This document shows, one piece after another, positions 7,275 through 15,974 of a stretch of DNA of 32,000 nt; the stretch's first letter is position 1; every line of letters starts with the position of its first letter. The DNA lies in NCBI GenBank assembly GCA_963677835.2, contig CAXXUX010000001.1, positions 467,832 through 499,831 of the forward strand, given 5' to 3'. The notes beneath the pieces are model-generated. The model saw nothing but the letters and a program-made list of their open reading frames with translations, was not told the DNA's origin and did no database searches. Both the position numbers and the translations under genes were made by a program. The DNA comes from an uncultured Saccharofermentans sp. GTDB lineage: Bacteria; Bacillota; Clostridia; Saccharofermentanales; UBA5734.

Positions 7275-9899
7275 TCATGCTACCGGCGTAGACTGGTTGT
7301 TGGAAATACCGGGCTGGGAGGCATGCCGAATGGCTTCCGGCAAGGCTTCCACGGCGTCGCCCAACTCGGTGGCAGAGCGCGCCAGGCGACGGACAACATC
7401 CGTCACTTCCGTATCAAACTGGCCGAGAATTCCGGAGAGCTCCGAGCGCATGCCCTGGTTGAAATCACCAACGGCACTGCGCAGATTTTCGTTCAGCTTA
7501 TCAATGTCCATATTGATTTCTTGCGCAAACAAGCTCATGCTCCGGGCTTCATCGCCCATAATTTCGGTCAGGCTGCGCAAACTGCCGCCTAAAGTGTCGT
7601 TTTGAGCAATAATCGACGTATCAATATTCTTGACCAGATCCTGGGTCAGGTTGGTAAAGCCCAGCATCAGTTCATCGATGCGGGTAGCCATCTCGTCGGA
7701 AAGAAGGCTGATCTGCTCTCTGACCGCATCCAGATGCTTCTGGTTGATTTCATAGGTTTCCAGCGACTGCGTCTGCATGAGACGAGTCTGTTCGGCCGAA
7801 CCGGCCATGACTGTGCTGAGCACGTCTGACAGGCGCATCAAATCATTGGACATCTGGCTGATCGCTTCACTCAAACCGGACTGGCTGCCGGCGTAAACAC
7901 TGCTCATGACATCCGACGCCTTGCTCATCACACCGGCTGAAGCTTTCAGCGAAACAAGGTCTTCCGTCATCGACTGCCTGGTTTCAACCAACTGGGCAAA
8001 GAGGTTGCGAATGCTCTCCTGCAAAGTAGTCGCCGATTCATTCTGAAGCTTCAGAACATCCTTGACATCCTTGGCATAGACTTGAGCTGCAATCAGTGAA
8101 TCGGACGAAGCCTGCAAGCGTTCGGAAATCGGATCCATATAGACGGCCAGTTTGCCGGATATCTCACCTGCAAAACTGTCGGCCAGCTGCTGCAGCGCCT
8201 CCTGCTGACGGCGGGTCATCTCCGTCAGGGTCTGGTCTTGCGAACGGCGGACATCCATCAGGCTCGATTGCTGAATTGTCATCAGTTTATTCAGAGCAGA
8301 GGCTTGCTGATCATTAACCTTCTGCAAAGCAGACATCTGCTGCTCATTGATCGACTGTAAGGTTTGAGATTGCCGTTGGTCAAGGTTCTGCATGATTTCC
8401 GTCTGGCTGCTGGTTAGGCTAAGGATTGATTCAGAATGCTGGGCCTTCATCTGTTCCAGGCTGTCCTGCTGGAATCGGGAAGCCTGCTGGTAGGCTTGCT
8501 GCTGCTGGTCGGCAATCGACGTAAAGGATTCTTTCTGCTGGTTCAGGAGGCTGTCATAAGCCTGGCTCTGCCGGTCAGCCAGCTTTTGCCAGATGTCGCT
8601 CTGGGTCTGGCGCAGCTGCTGCAGAATACTGTCATATTGATGGGCCAGCGTAGCCGAAGTCTGTTCGCCGGTTGTCGAGATCTGGAGTAAAGTCTGCTGC
8701 TGCTGGTCATTGAGATTGGTCAGCAATTTGGTCTGGCCTTCAGACAATTGGCTGATAATCTGTGTCAGTTTTTCCTGGAGAAGCGACCAGGCTTTCTGGC
8801 TGGAACTGTTGACATGAGTCAGCGTTTTTGTCTGCTCCTCGACAATTTTTTCCAGAGCAAATTTCTGAGCCTTGCCCAAATCATCGACCAGCCGTTCTTC
8901 GCTTCCGGTTATATTCTTTAACATGGCGGCCTGCTGATCAGTCAGTACTTCTGAAATCTCCTGATAACGCTTCAGCCAAAGTTCCGATTGCTTGTGCTGT
9001 CTGGTCTCCAGATCGGTATAAAGCTTCACTATGGCGTGATCCGACTTCTGGAGCTGTTTGTCCAGCTGCTGGGCCAGAAGCGCCAGCGCCTCCGTGCTCT
9101 TGATCACCGCCGGGGCCACTGTTGCGGACATGACGTATTTGACCGAATTAGATATGGCATCGGTCAGTTTATTCGAGACCAGATGCTGGACTTGCTCGGC
9201 CAGGATTTGTGTTGATTGGGACATCCTGGCGTCATAATCCTTCATTTGATTTAAAATGATGGCTGTTTCAGCCGCCTGACTATAAACCGGCAGCCGGCGT
9301 TCCAGCGCAATCATCAGCCGCTGCCAGGCATGGCGGACCTGCCGGAAATAGGCGTCGCTGCCCTGATATAAAACAAGCATGCACAAAGCGGATGCTACAA
9401 ACGGCATCAGCGCGATAAATCTCAGGAAAGCCGCATCCGCCAGCGAACCATTCAGAACAAATCCTGAAGACAACGCCATGGCTGAAACTGCGATGCCGCC
9501 CAAGATGACTGCCGATCCGGTTGACTTGTGAAAGGAAATCCGGGTCGGCTCGGGCAATGTTTCCTGAAGCGGCAGCCGGCTGGCAGGGTCCGGAACCCAT
9601 ATCGACCCAAACATGAGATTGCTGTCTTCCACCAAACGGTCAAATTGCAGCTTGAATTCCTTATTCATCTGCTCGTCGACCAGGGTTTGAACAATAGGCA
9701 GATTTTCAATCCGGCAGCTGGTCAGGGCATCAACCTCCTGTCCCAGCCGATTCAGTTTATTTTTGGCTAAAGTAGCCATGCCATGCATCGTGACAAAAAA
9801 GATCACCGCCAGGGCAATCAGTCCGGCCGTTGACAGCAAAACCAAGATCACCCAGATAATGCCAACTTGTTGAATCAATTCCTGCCACATCTCAATCAT
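7275..9899 (-). CDS. Three-TM membrane protein with a ~690-aa cytoplasmic coiled-coil tail (874 aa); function unknown
   Basis: GGGAGG RBS. TM1 is about aa 13-37, followed by a K/R-rich ~90-aa loop, then a TM2-TM3 hairpin at about aa 128-178, then a Gln-rich alpha-helical tail. Hydrophobic residues recur at exact 11-residue spacing from aa 327 to 569. Confidence 0.8.
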   Translation of the reverse strand: MIEMWQELIQQVGIIWVILVLLSTAGLIALAVIFFVTMHGMATLAKNKLNRLGQEVDALTSCRIENLPIVQTLVDEQMNKEFKLQFDRLVEDSNLMFGSIWVPDPASRLPLQETLPEPTRISFHKSTGSAVILGGIAVSAMALSSGFVLNGSLADAAFLRFIALMPFVASALCMLVLYQGSDAYFRQVRHAWQRLMIALERRLPVYSQAAETAIILNQMKDYDARMSQSTQILAEQVQHLVSNKLTDAISNSVKYVMSATVAPAVIKSTEALALLAQQLDKQLQKSDHAIVKLYTDLETRQHKQSELWLKRYQEISEVLTDQQAAMLKNITGSEERLVDDLGKAQKFALEKIVEEQTKTLTHVNSSSQKAWSLLQEKLTQIISQLSEGQTKLLTNLNDQQQQTLLQISTTGEQTSATLAHQYDSILQQLRQTQSDIWQKLADRQSQAYDSLLNQQKESFTSIADQQQQAYQQASRFQQDSLEQMKAQHSESILSLTSSQTEIMQNLDQRQSQTLQSINEQQMSALQKVNDQQASALNKLMTIQQSSLMDVRRSQDQTLTEMTRRQQEALQQLADSFAGEISGKLAVYMDPISERLQASSDSLIAAQVYAKDVKDVLKLQNESATTLQESIRNLFAQLVETRQSMTEDLVSLKASAGVMSKASDVMSSVYAGSQSGLSEAISQMSNDLMRLSDVLSTVMAGSAEQTRLMQTQSLETYEINQKHLDAVREQISLLSDEMATRIDELMLGFTNLTQDLVKNIDTSIIAQNDTLGGSLRSLTEIMGDEARSMSLFAQEINMDIDKLNENLRSAVGDFNQGMRSELSGILGQFDTEVTDVVRRLARSATELGDAVEALPEAIRHASQPGISNNQSTPVA

Positions 9900-10247
9900 G
9901 GCCTCCCGTTAAGATTAGCGCTTCTGCTGTGCAGATGATATGCTTTTGCTTTGTCTCGGCCAGTATCCGGTTTATCAGTTTATATCCCTCAAACTAACAA
10001 AATCGTGGTCAAATCTGGCAACAAACAAAAAACCGACATTCACGCCCAAAAGCCGATGTCCATTTTTTTTGCAGATTACAGTAAATCATAATTATTTTAT
10101 TCATTATACAACACCTTCATCCTCCTGGACAACCGCTTCAAATCCTGGAATTCAGGCAAAAATCAACTAGTAGCCAAAATGTAGCATGATTGTCACACCA
10201 ATGTGCTTTTGAAATAAAATTGTTTTGCATGATTTGTCATGAAATAG

Positions 10248-10275
10248 TTGAATTCCTCATAACACCTGTTATAAT
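10248..10275 (+). promoter_or_regulatory. Strong sigma-A promoter of the major pilin gene
   Basis: TTGAAT (10248-10253), 16-nt spacer, extended -10 TGtTATAAT (10267-10275). Confidence 0.6.
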
Positions 10276-10411
10276 GGTATTTGCAAGGCTATCCTGATAT
10301 CACTATCACTATCACCTCATGTAAATAGTCTTATCACCGAAGCTAGGCAGCCATCGGGGGGCAGCTCCGAACCAAACAAGCTGATTAGAGCAAAAAACGG
10401 AGGTAAGAAGC

Positions 10412-10792
10412 ATGAACAAAAACATGAAGAAAAAGAGCAAGAAAGGCTTTACCCTGATCGAACTGGTTGTTGTTATTGCCATTTTGGGCATCCTGGCCGC
10501 CATTTTGATCCCGGTCATTGGAGGATTTATCACCAGAGCCAGAATTTCAGCAGATGAAGCCAATGCCAGAAACCTTTACAACTGCGCATCAATGGCAATT
10601 GCAACTGGAGCAACCGCAGCAGACGTTGCTTGTTCAGGTTCAGCCACAGTGCCTGCAGTAATCCGGCCTTTGTTTGGCGCGACCATCCCAGACGGCCATT
10701 CCATTACCATTGTTGTAACAAGCGGCTTGGTTGCATCTGCAACTTATAGCGACGGCACCAACAGCGGCACCTACTCGAGACCGGTATCCTGA
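10412..10792 (+). CDS. pilA: Type IV major pilin (PilA-like)
   Basis: GGAGG 8 nt upstream. Class III signal MNKNMKKKSKKG/FTLIELVVVIAILGILAAI with Glu at +5. The gene has its own promoter and a strong terminator. Confidence 0.85.
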   Translation: MNKNMKKKSKKGFTLIELVVVIAILGILAAILIPVIGGFITRARISADEANARNLYNCASMAIATGATAADVACSGSATVPAVIRPLFGATIPDGHSITIVVTSGLVASATYSDGTNSGTYSRPVS

Positions 10793-10812
10793 TCATTTTT
10801 GTGATTGACCAG

Positions 10813-10847
10813 GGAGCAGCCTCTTGTGAGGTTGCTCCTTTTTCTTT
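10813..10847 (+). terminator. Intrinsic terminator directly after the major pilin gene
   Basis: 11-bp stem GGAGCAGCCUC / GAGGUUGCUCC with loop UUGU, followed by UUUUUCUUU. Confidence 0.8.
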
Positions 10848-10905
10848 CCCTGTTTTTTCCATTGGCATTGTGAAAACATCAGATTTTGGTTGAAGGAAAT
10901 GACAT

Positions 10906-11310
10906 ATGTTATCAAGAAAAGGTTTCACCTTATTGGAACTCATCATTGTGATAGCGATACTAACTATCCTGGCGACTCTCTTATTGCCAATGTCCATGAA
11001 TTTCATCAAAAGGGCCAACGAAGCGGCCGACCTGGCCAATGCCAATCTGATCTATACGGCTTCAGCCATTCAAGTGGCGACTACTGCCGGCGATATTGAT
11101 CAAACTTACCAGGCCAATGCCGATGGTTCCAGCCCGGCTTTCTACAAGGAGTTTATCGGGGATCCCTGGCCGCATCCCAAATTATCCGGTACAGCTTCTT
11201 TTGAAGTGGCAATCCAGAAAATCGGTATAACCCTCCCATCGATAAAAATATACCGCATCGATGGCAGCGAGCGGCAGCTTTATGTTCGCGACCAGAATTG
11301 CTTTCAGTAA
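10906..11310 (+). CDS. Second type IV pilin
   Basis: Prepilin signal MLSRKG/FTLLELIIVIAILTILATLL. GAAGGAAA RBS. Confidence 0.8.
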   Translation: MLSRKGFTLLELIIVIAILTILATLLLPMSMNFIKRANEAADLANANLIYTASAIQVATTAGDIDQTYQANADGSSPAFYKEFIGDPWPHPKLSGTASFEVAIQKIGITLPSIKIYRIDGSERQLYVRDQNCFQ

Positions 11311-11458
11311 TTCATTTATATTGAAGATTTGATAATCCCAGTTGATTAATCATTGGCGATTATGTAACATAGGTTTCGTTTTGATTATTTAAAATAATTT
11401 ATTTGTCATGTTCTGTCATTTTCTGAAATTATGGTGTATAATTAAGATATTAGTGAGA

Positions 11459-11493
11459 ATTTCTTCAAGTATGTTAAGCATACTTGAAGAAAT
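11459..11493 (+). promoter_or_regulatory. Perfect 15-bp stem, 5-nt loop hairpin in the leader of the minor-pilin genes
   Basis: AUUUCUUCAAGUAUG-UUAAG-CAUACUUGAAGAAAU with no U-tract after it. Preceded by a candidate promoter, cTGTCA (11413-11418) - 18 nt - TATAAT (11437-11442). Confidence 0.5.
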
Positions 11494-11547
11494 GAATCAA
11501 ATAAAGTTTGCAGAACTGCTTATATTGACCGGGAGGGGTGCAGGCGT

Positions 11548-12804
11548 ATGATGAATATATTTTCCACCAGACCAAGATGGCGTTCAAAGCACGGTAATGC
11601 CCTCGTTATGGTTATGGTGCTCTTTCTGGTCATGACCATATTTTCCGTTGCTTTGCTTTCAGTAGCCTATACCAACGGCAATCTGGTCATGGCTCAGGAA
11701 AAAACAGACAAGGCCTATTACATCGCCCGCTCGGTATCTGAAGCGACTGCCGACTGGATCAGTCACAATTACTACGACTATGCCAACTGGTATAAGGTGG
11801 TTCCCTTCGCTGACCGCCTGACTCAGGCCAATGCGCGGATCACCGAAGGCACATTGGATGGGCAGGATTATACGATGAAAGTCTGGCGGACCGACTCGAA
11901 GACCATCATGATTTCCGCCTCCACGACTTATCAAGGCTATACGGCCGACAGCACCGTGCAGGTTGATATGAATATCAGCGCCAATTCGATCTTTGACTAC
12001 GCCGTGTACTCGATTGACCTGTTTGAAGTCGATGGCACCATGAACATCATCCATGGCGGCGGCGCCGGAACCAATGAAAGCAAGCCGGCAAAGAATTTCA
12101 AGGATTTTACCTATGATCCCAGCACCTATCAGTCCGAATTTGATTTGAACAATTCGTACAATGCCATCGATATCAATGAATATGATGCATCCATGGTAAC
12201 CTTGCCGGCGACCGCGGCCGTCTTTGATGCGGCAAACACGATGACTATCGCCGCCAATACCCGTTTTGAGGATCTTAATCTGGTCAATAAGACACTGGTT
12301 ATCGAGAATTATGACACAGCCACTAGTGCCGCACGGGACGTGACCATCTATGTTTCCGGGAGAATTGACGGCACCGGCACCATGACCATTGGCGGCGCGA
12401 CCGGCACGACGATCCGGGTAACCGAACCTGATCCGGATATAGGCGGCAAGGTCTTTATCATTGTTGACACCATTTTCGAAGCCTCGACCAATAACAATAA
12501 ATTCACGATTGAGGGACTGCCCTATCGGGAACCGCTCCTTTACCTGTTTATCAACAGCCCTTCGGCAATTGATACGCGAGGCGGCACCTGGAATATCAGC
12601 GCTTATGTCTACATGCCGTTTTCGTCCTTTAAGAATTCCGGCGGTCTTTATCTGAATGGCGCCATCATTTCCGGCCATTATCAGGCAAACGGCAATAACG
12701 AAGTTTATTTTGTCCCGCCGAGGGAATTGCTCAATACCCCATTCTCGTCAATGATTCAGGATAGTCGGATCATCAGCATTGAAAAGACGACCTGGCGGCC
12801 ATAA
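11548..12804 (+). CDS. PilX-N-domain-like pilus protein (large pseudopilin or tip-associated protein)
   Basis: GGGAGGGG RBS 9 nt upstream. The N-terminus RSKHGNALVMVMVLFLVMTIFSVALLSVAYTN matches the PilX N-terminal pattern (G-x-ALV, hydrophobic helix, no Glu5). It sits within the pilin operon. Confidence 0.7.
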   Translation: MMNIFSTRPRWRSKHGNALVMVMVLFLVMTIFSVALLSVAYTNGNLVMAQEKTDKAYYIARSVSEATADWISHNYYDYANWYKVVPFADRLTQANARITEGTLDGQDYTMKVWRTDSKTIMISASTTYQGYTADSTVQVDMNISANSIFDYAVYSIDLFEVDGTMNIIHGGGAGTNESKPAKNFKDFTYDPSTYQSEFDLNNSYNAIDINEYDASMVTLPATAAVFDAANTMTIAANTRFEDLNLVNKTLVIENYDTATSAARDVTIYVSGRIDGTGTMTIGGATGTTIRVTEPDPDIGGKVFIIVDTIFEASTNNNKFTIEGLPYREPLLYLFINSPSAIDTRGGTWNISAYVYMPFSSFKNSGGLYLNGAIISGHYQANGNNEVYFVPPRELLNTPFSSMIQDSRIISIEKTTWRP

Positions 12805-12826
12805 GATAGAAGGAAGTGACTGTCCT

Positions 12827-13744
12827 ATGATCCAAAAGCATAAAAATCAACAAGGATTTACCTTGATCGAAGTTATTTTGGCCTTAGCGCTGTTGGGAAT
12901 TGTTTCCCTTTTAATGACGCCGGTTCTGGCCAGCGCTTATCGACAGGTCGCCTATAGCGGCGATCGCAGCCTGGTGGAAAAAGAGCTTACGGGCAATGCC
13001 GAAAATGTCTTTGCCGGCGGAACGCCAGATATAACAGCAGGAGAATTCCCAATAACAATTTCGACAACTGGTTCACCTGGAGATACTCCAATTTCAGTCA
13101 ATGCCGACAAAGTTCCCCTGGAATCCGACAGTAAATTGGGACAATCGTCAATCAATCTTTATGATCCAACCGAGATTCCATTTTTCAACCGGCCGATCGA
13201 TTTCAATAACGTCAGCATTTCAACGGTTGGCTGGAACTCGGCAAGCAAAGACGGCGTCTATGTTGATTTGGGAAGTCTGGCCGCAGAGTATGATGGCCGG
13301 ATCAAATATGCCTTGTATAACGCGACAACCAACTCCGTCATCATCAGCGAAACAATTTACACCGGAACTAATCCGCAAATTCCATTAGACAATCTGGAAA
13401 GCAGCATCAGTTATAATGTCGAGCTGGTCGAGATTGCCAATCCCGAAAACAAGCTGGTCATAACGATCCCGAGAGCGCCTCATCTTAAAGCGGTAGCCGG
13501 GAGCGGCAATAAAACCTACATCAAAATCGACCGGGATCATACCGGTATCTTTTCCGATCTTCTGGAAACCGATATGATCAGATATTCAACGACCATAGAT
13601 GGATCCTATACATCATTGATTTCCAGTTCAGTTTCTGTGGCCACCAGTGTGGCCAATGCCAGGACCTATTTTTTCAGGACACGTGAATCGTCCTATACGG
13701 CTAATACGCGTAATGCTGAATCAATCTATGTGCATCCAGAGTAA
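12827..13744 (+). CDS. Minor pilin / pseudopilin
   Basis: ATG at 12827 preceded by AGGAAG. Signal MIQKHKNQQG/FTLIEVILALALLGIV. The ORF-track start at 12779 overlaps the previous gene and is less likely. Confidence 0.75.
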   Translation: MIQKHKNQQGFTLIEVILALALLGIVSLLMTPVLASAYRQVAYSGDRSLVEKELTGNAENVFAGGTPDITAGEFPITISTTGSPGDTPISVNADKVPLESDSKLGQSSINLYDPTEIPFFNRPIDFNNVSISTVGWNSASKDGVYVDLGSLAAEYDGRIKYALYNATTNSVIISETIYTGTNPQIPLDNLESSISYNVELVEIANPENKLVITIPRAPHLKAVAGSGNKTYIKIDRDHTGIFSDLLETDMIRYSTTIDGSYTSLISSSVSVATSVANARTYFFRTRESSYTANTRNAESIYVHPE

Positions 13745-13770
13745 CCTCTGATTTTTGACAGGTGGCCAAA

Positions 13771-14352
13771 ATGTTATTAAAAGCTCTAAAACATCAGAAC
13801 AAGCGTGGTTTTACCTTGGTTGAAATAGCCGTCACTTTGCTCATTCTTGGGATTGTAACGGCAGCGATCATGACTGTATTCGGGTTTACCAACCAGTCGT
13901 TTATCAGCACCAGCGTCAGGTATGATACCCAGGTAGAGGCAAGAAGATTAATGGAGGGCTTGAGAAATGAACTGGGTTATGCCACTTCAGTCACGCTCCA
14001 TTATGCAAAGCCAACAACGCTTCCAGATGCCGCATCCCAAAAAGGATATTGCTATGGCTCCGGCAGCAACCTGGCTGTTCACCGTTTAGCCAATCAGCGT
14101 GTTAATTATTACTTTAACCAGGTGACTCAACCCATCAATGTCTCGATTACTTTTACTCCCAAGGCCCCTGACAATAGCACGAATCATAAAATCAATGTTA
14201 TCCAGGTCACCATCTCCTCTGATGTGTTTACCCTGGCATCAGATATCTTTGTCCAAAATCTCGGTTCCAGCGATTTTGCCTATGTCAATACCAGCGAATA
14301 TCCTAACAATGAAATCACCCATTGGGCCTATGTCGAATATACCCTGCCCTGA
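13771..14352 (+). CDS. Minor pilin / pseudopilin
   Basis: ATG at 13771 lies 6 nt after AGGTGG (the ORF also opens at GTG 13762). Signal MLLKALKHQNKRG/FTLVEIAVTLLILGIV. Confidence 0.75.
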   Translation: MLLKALKHQNKRGFTLVEIAVTLLILGIVTAAIMTVFGFTNQSFISTSVRYDTQVEARRLMEGLRNELGYATSVTLHYAKPTTLPDAASQKGYCYGSGSNLAVHRLANQRVNYYFNQVTQPINVSITFTPKAPDNSTNHKINVIQVTISSDVFTLASDIFVQNLGSSDFAYVNTSEYPNNEITHWAYVEYTLP

Positions 14353-14381
14353 TACGCCAGGGGTTTACCGCTAGAAACATT

Positions 14382-14410
14382 GAGATTGCCCACGAGCAGT
14401 CTCTTTTTTT
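14382..14410 (+). terminator. Intrinsic terminator of the pilin operon
   Basis: 8-bp stem GAGAUUGC / GCAGUCUC with a 6-nt loop, followed by UUUUUUU. Confidence 0.7.
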
Positions 14411-14600
14411 GCTCAAACGATGATTGCAGTGATCAATATAATAGACCCGCATAGGCATCCCATCGAGCGAGTCCCACAAAATGCGTTTGACAATCGTGGA
14501 CTTGTTTGCGCGAACGGGAGATCTATGCGGATCTGATTTATTAGCGTCACTTTATTTTAGAGGCAATAATATGTTCAAGGGGGGTCAGTCAATGGCTCAT

Positions 14601-15398
14601 TCAGGGCGTTGTTTTTGTTGTTTCCTGAGGCGAGGAGTACTGATAGGGATTGGCCGAACCGCCATCATATGGAGCCCTGCTCCACTGGGTCAAATCATCG
14701 TTTCTCGGCTCAAGCGATTTGATGCCGATAAAGAATAGTGAAATATCGACATTCAACGATTCTGCACTCGTAGAATTGATTTTCAGGTCTGAAACGATAA
14801 TTGAACGGTTTAATCCCTTGAGATCATCGAGCAATTGCAAAATTTGTGCATAAGATGTTTCAGCATTGATTTGGATCGTCAGTTGCTCGACCGCATCACT
14901 GTCCTGATTTTCTTCACTAGGCGTTGTACTCGGCTGGTTGTCAGCCGGTTCGGTCTCCTTGGGAGCGTTGGTTTCGGTATTCTTGTATTGTTCGGCAAGC
15001 TGACCCAGCTGATAGGTCAATTCATTGATATCCAGTTGATTGGGAACCAGGCTGGCGCCTTCAATCATGGATAAGGTATAGGCCGAAGGCAAAAAGCCAT
15101 TTCGCTGCATCAGATCGTGAGTGAACAATAAAAGTGAATCTGATTTCAGGCCGTCAATAAAGGGGGCCGACAGGGTTTCGATCTGTTTCAGGCTCTCATC
15201 ACGCTTCTTGGCAAAAACTTCAGCCATTTTTAAATTCAGGGTGATTTCATCAATCTGCGCATCTAATTCAGCCTGCTTTGTCGTCAATTCATTGAAATGG
15301 TCAAGGCCAGGCGCAAACACAAATTGATACTCGAGATAAAACAATCCGATGATAATCAAAAGTGTCAGTAAAATTATTTCTCGCTTTGAAAGCTTCAT
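14601..15398 (-). CDS. pilO: PilO-like pilus assembly protein
   Basis: N-terminal TM (IILLTLLIIIGLFYL) then a coiled coil. Its start overlaps the pilN stop by 4 nt. The position after pilM-pilN supports the call. Confidence 0.6.
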   Translation of the reverse strand: MKLSKREIILLTLLIIIGLFYLEYQFVFAPGLDHFNELTTKQAELDAQIDEITLNLKMAEVFAKKRDESLKQIETLSAPFIDGLKSDSLLLFTHDLMQRNGFLPSAYTLSMIEGASLVPNQLDINELTYQLGQLAEQYKNTETNAPKETEPADNQPSTTPSEENQDSDAVEQLTIQINAETSYAQILQLLDDLKGLNRSIIVSDLKINSTSAESLNVDISLFFIGIKSLEPRNDDLTQWSRAPYDGGSANPYQYSSPQETTKTTP

Positions 15399-15955
15399 GG
15401 TTGTTCACCTCCGACAATCTGCAAACTGATGGTAAAACTGGTTACACCGTTTGCCGCATCAGTATTCAGCTGACCCAGGATAACATTGGTGAACAGCGGA
15501 CTTCCCAGCAAAGCATGATACATGTCAAGCGGGTCGGTATTATTGCTGCTTTGGCACTGCAAATCCAGAGAATTGCCAATCAGGGAGCTGGCCGTAAATG
15601 CAGTGGTCATTGGCGTCAACTTCCGTAAATCATTTAATAGGGCGCTGTCAACAATATCCAGCTGATTGTATTTATCGGACGCTGCCTGCAGCAGTGTCAA
15701 ATATTTTGCCGTAAGCTCCGCTTCACTTTTGGTTTTGGCAGCGGCATCAATCTTGGCTTTGGTGTCTGAGGAATTGATATATTCGGTCTTTTCGTTAATA
15801 GACTGCTCCATTTTGTTGAAAAGCAGCAGGCCTCCGCCGATCAGCAAGGCATTAACCAAAACAAACAGTGCAAGAAAAACCAGGACAAAGATCCGAAAGC
15901 CATTGTTTTTCGCACGCCTCTTTTTGTATATTGAGAAAAAGTTGATATCGTACAT
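15395..15955 (-). CDS. pilN: PilN-like pilus assembly protein
   Basis: The N-terminal YDINFFS peptide resembles the INLLP PilM-binding motif, followed by a basic stretch and a single TM. It lies directly downstream of pilM. Confidence 0.7.
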   Translation of the reverse strand: MYDINFFSIYKKRRAKNNGFRIFVLVFLALFVLVNALLIGGGLLLFNKMEQSINEKTEYINSSDTKAKIDAAAKTKSEAELTAKYLTLLQAASDKYNQLDIVDSALLNDLRKLTPMTTAFTASSLIGNSLDLQCQSSNNTDPLDMYHALLGSPLFTNVILGQLNTDAANGVTSFTISLQIVGGEQP

Positions 15956-15974
15956 AAAAATGCTTTCCTCCTTC

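Noticed and set aside
5871-9899. Calling the coiled-coil membrane protein and its partner a Zorya (ZorA/ZorC) anti-phage system.
   Set aside because: No ZorB/MotB-like peptidoglycan-binding subunit and no ZorD/ZorE effector is nearby. No clear MotA_ExbB signature (LGLLGT-type) is visible in TM2-TM3. No EH motif is seen in the partner. Only the overall architecture is similar, so it is kept as a hypothesis to test rather than a call.
10026-10070. Hairpin flanked by an A6 and a T8 tract in the divergent intergenic region, which looks like a bidirectional terminator.
   Set aside because: The stem is only 5-6 bp (GACAU(U) / (G)AUGUC) with a 14-nt loop, so it is thermodynamically weak. A terminator between two divergent promoters has no obvious transcript to terminate.
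11659-12678. 339-aa ORF antisense to the PilX-like gene. Similar long antisense ORFs occur at 16332..17000 (opposite pilM), 20219..21091 (opposite pilB), 25056..25772 (opposite paralog B) and 28940..30073 (opposite the SPFH gene).
   Set aside because: In each case the opposite strand encodes a protein with clear family motifs and operon context. The antisense translations are Gly/Arg/Asp/Ile-rich without motifs and lack ribosome-binding sites.
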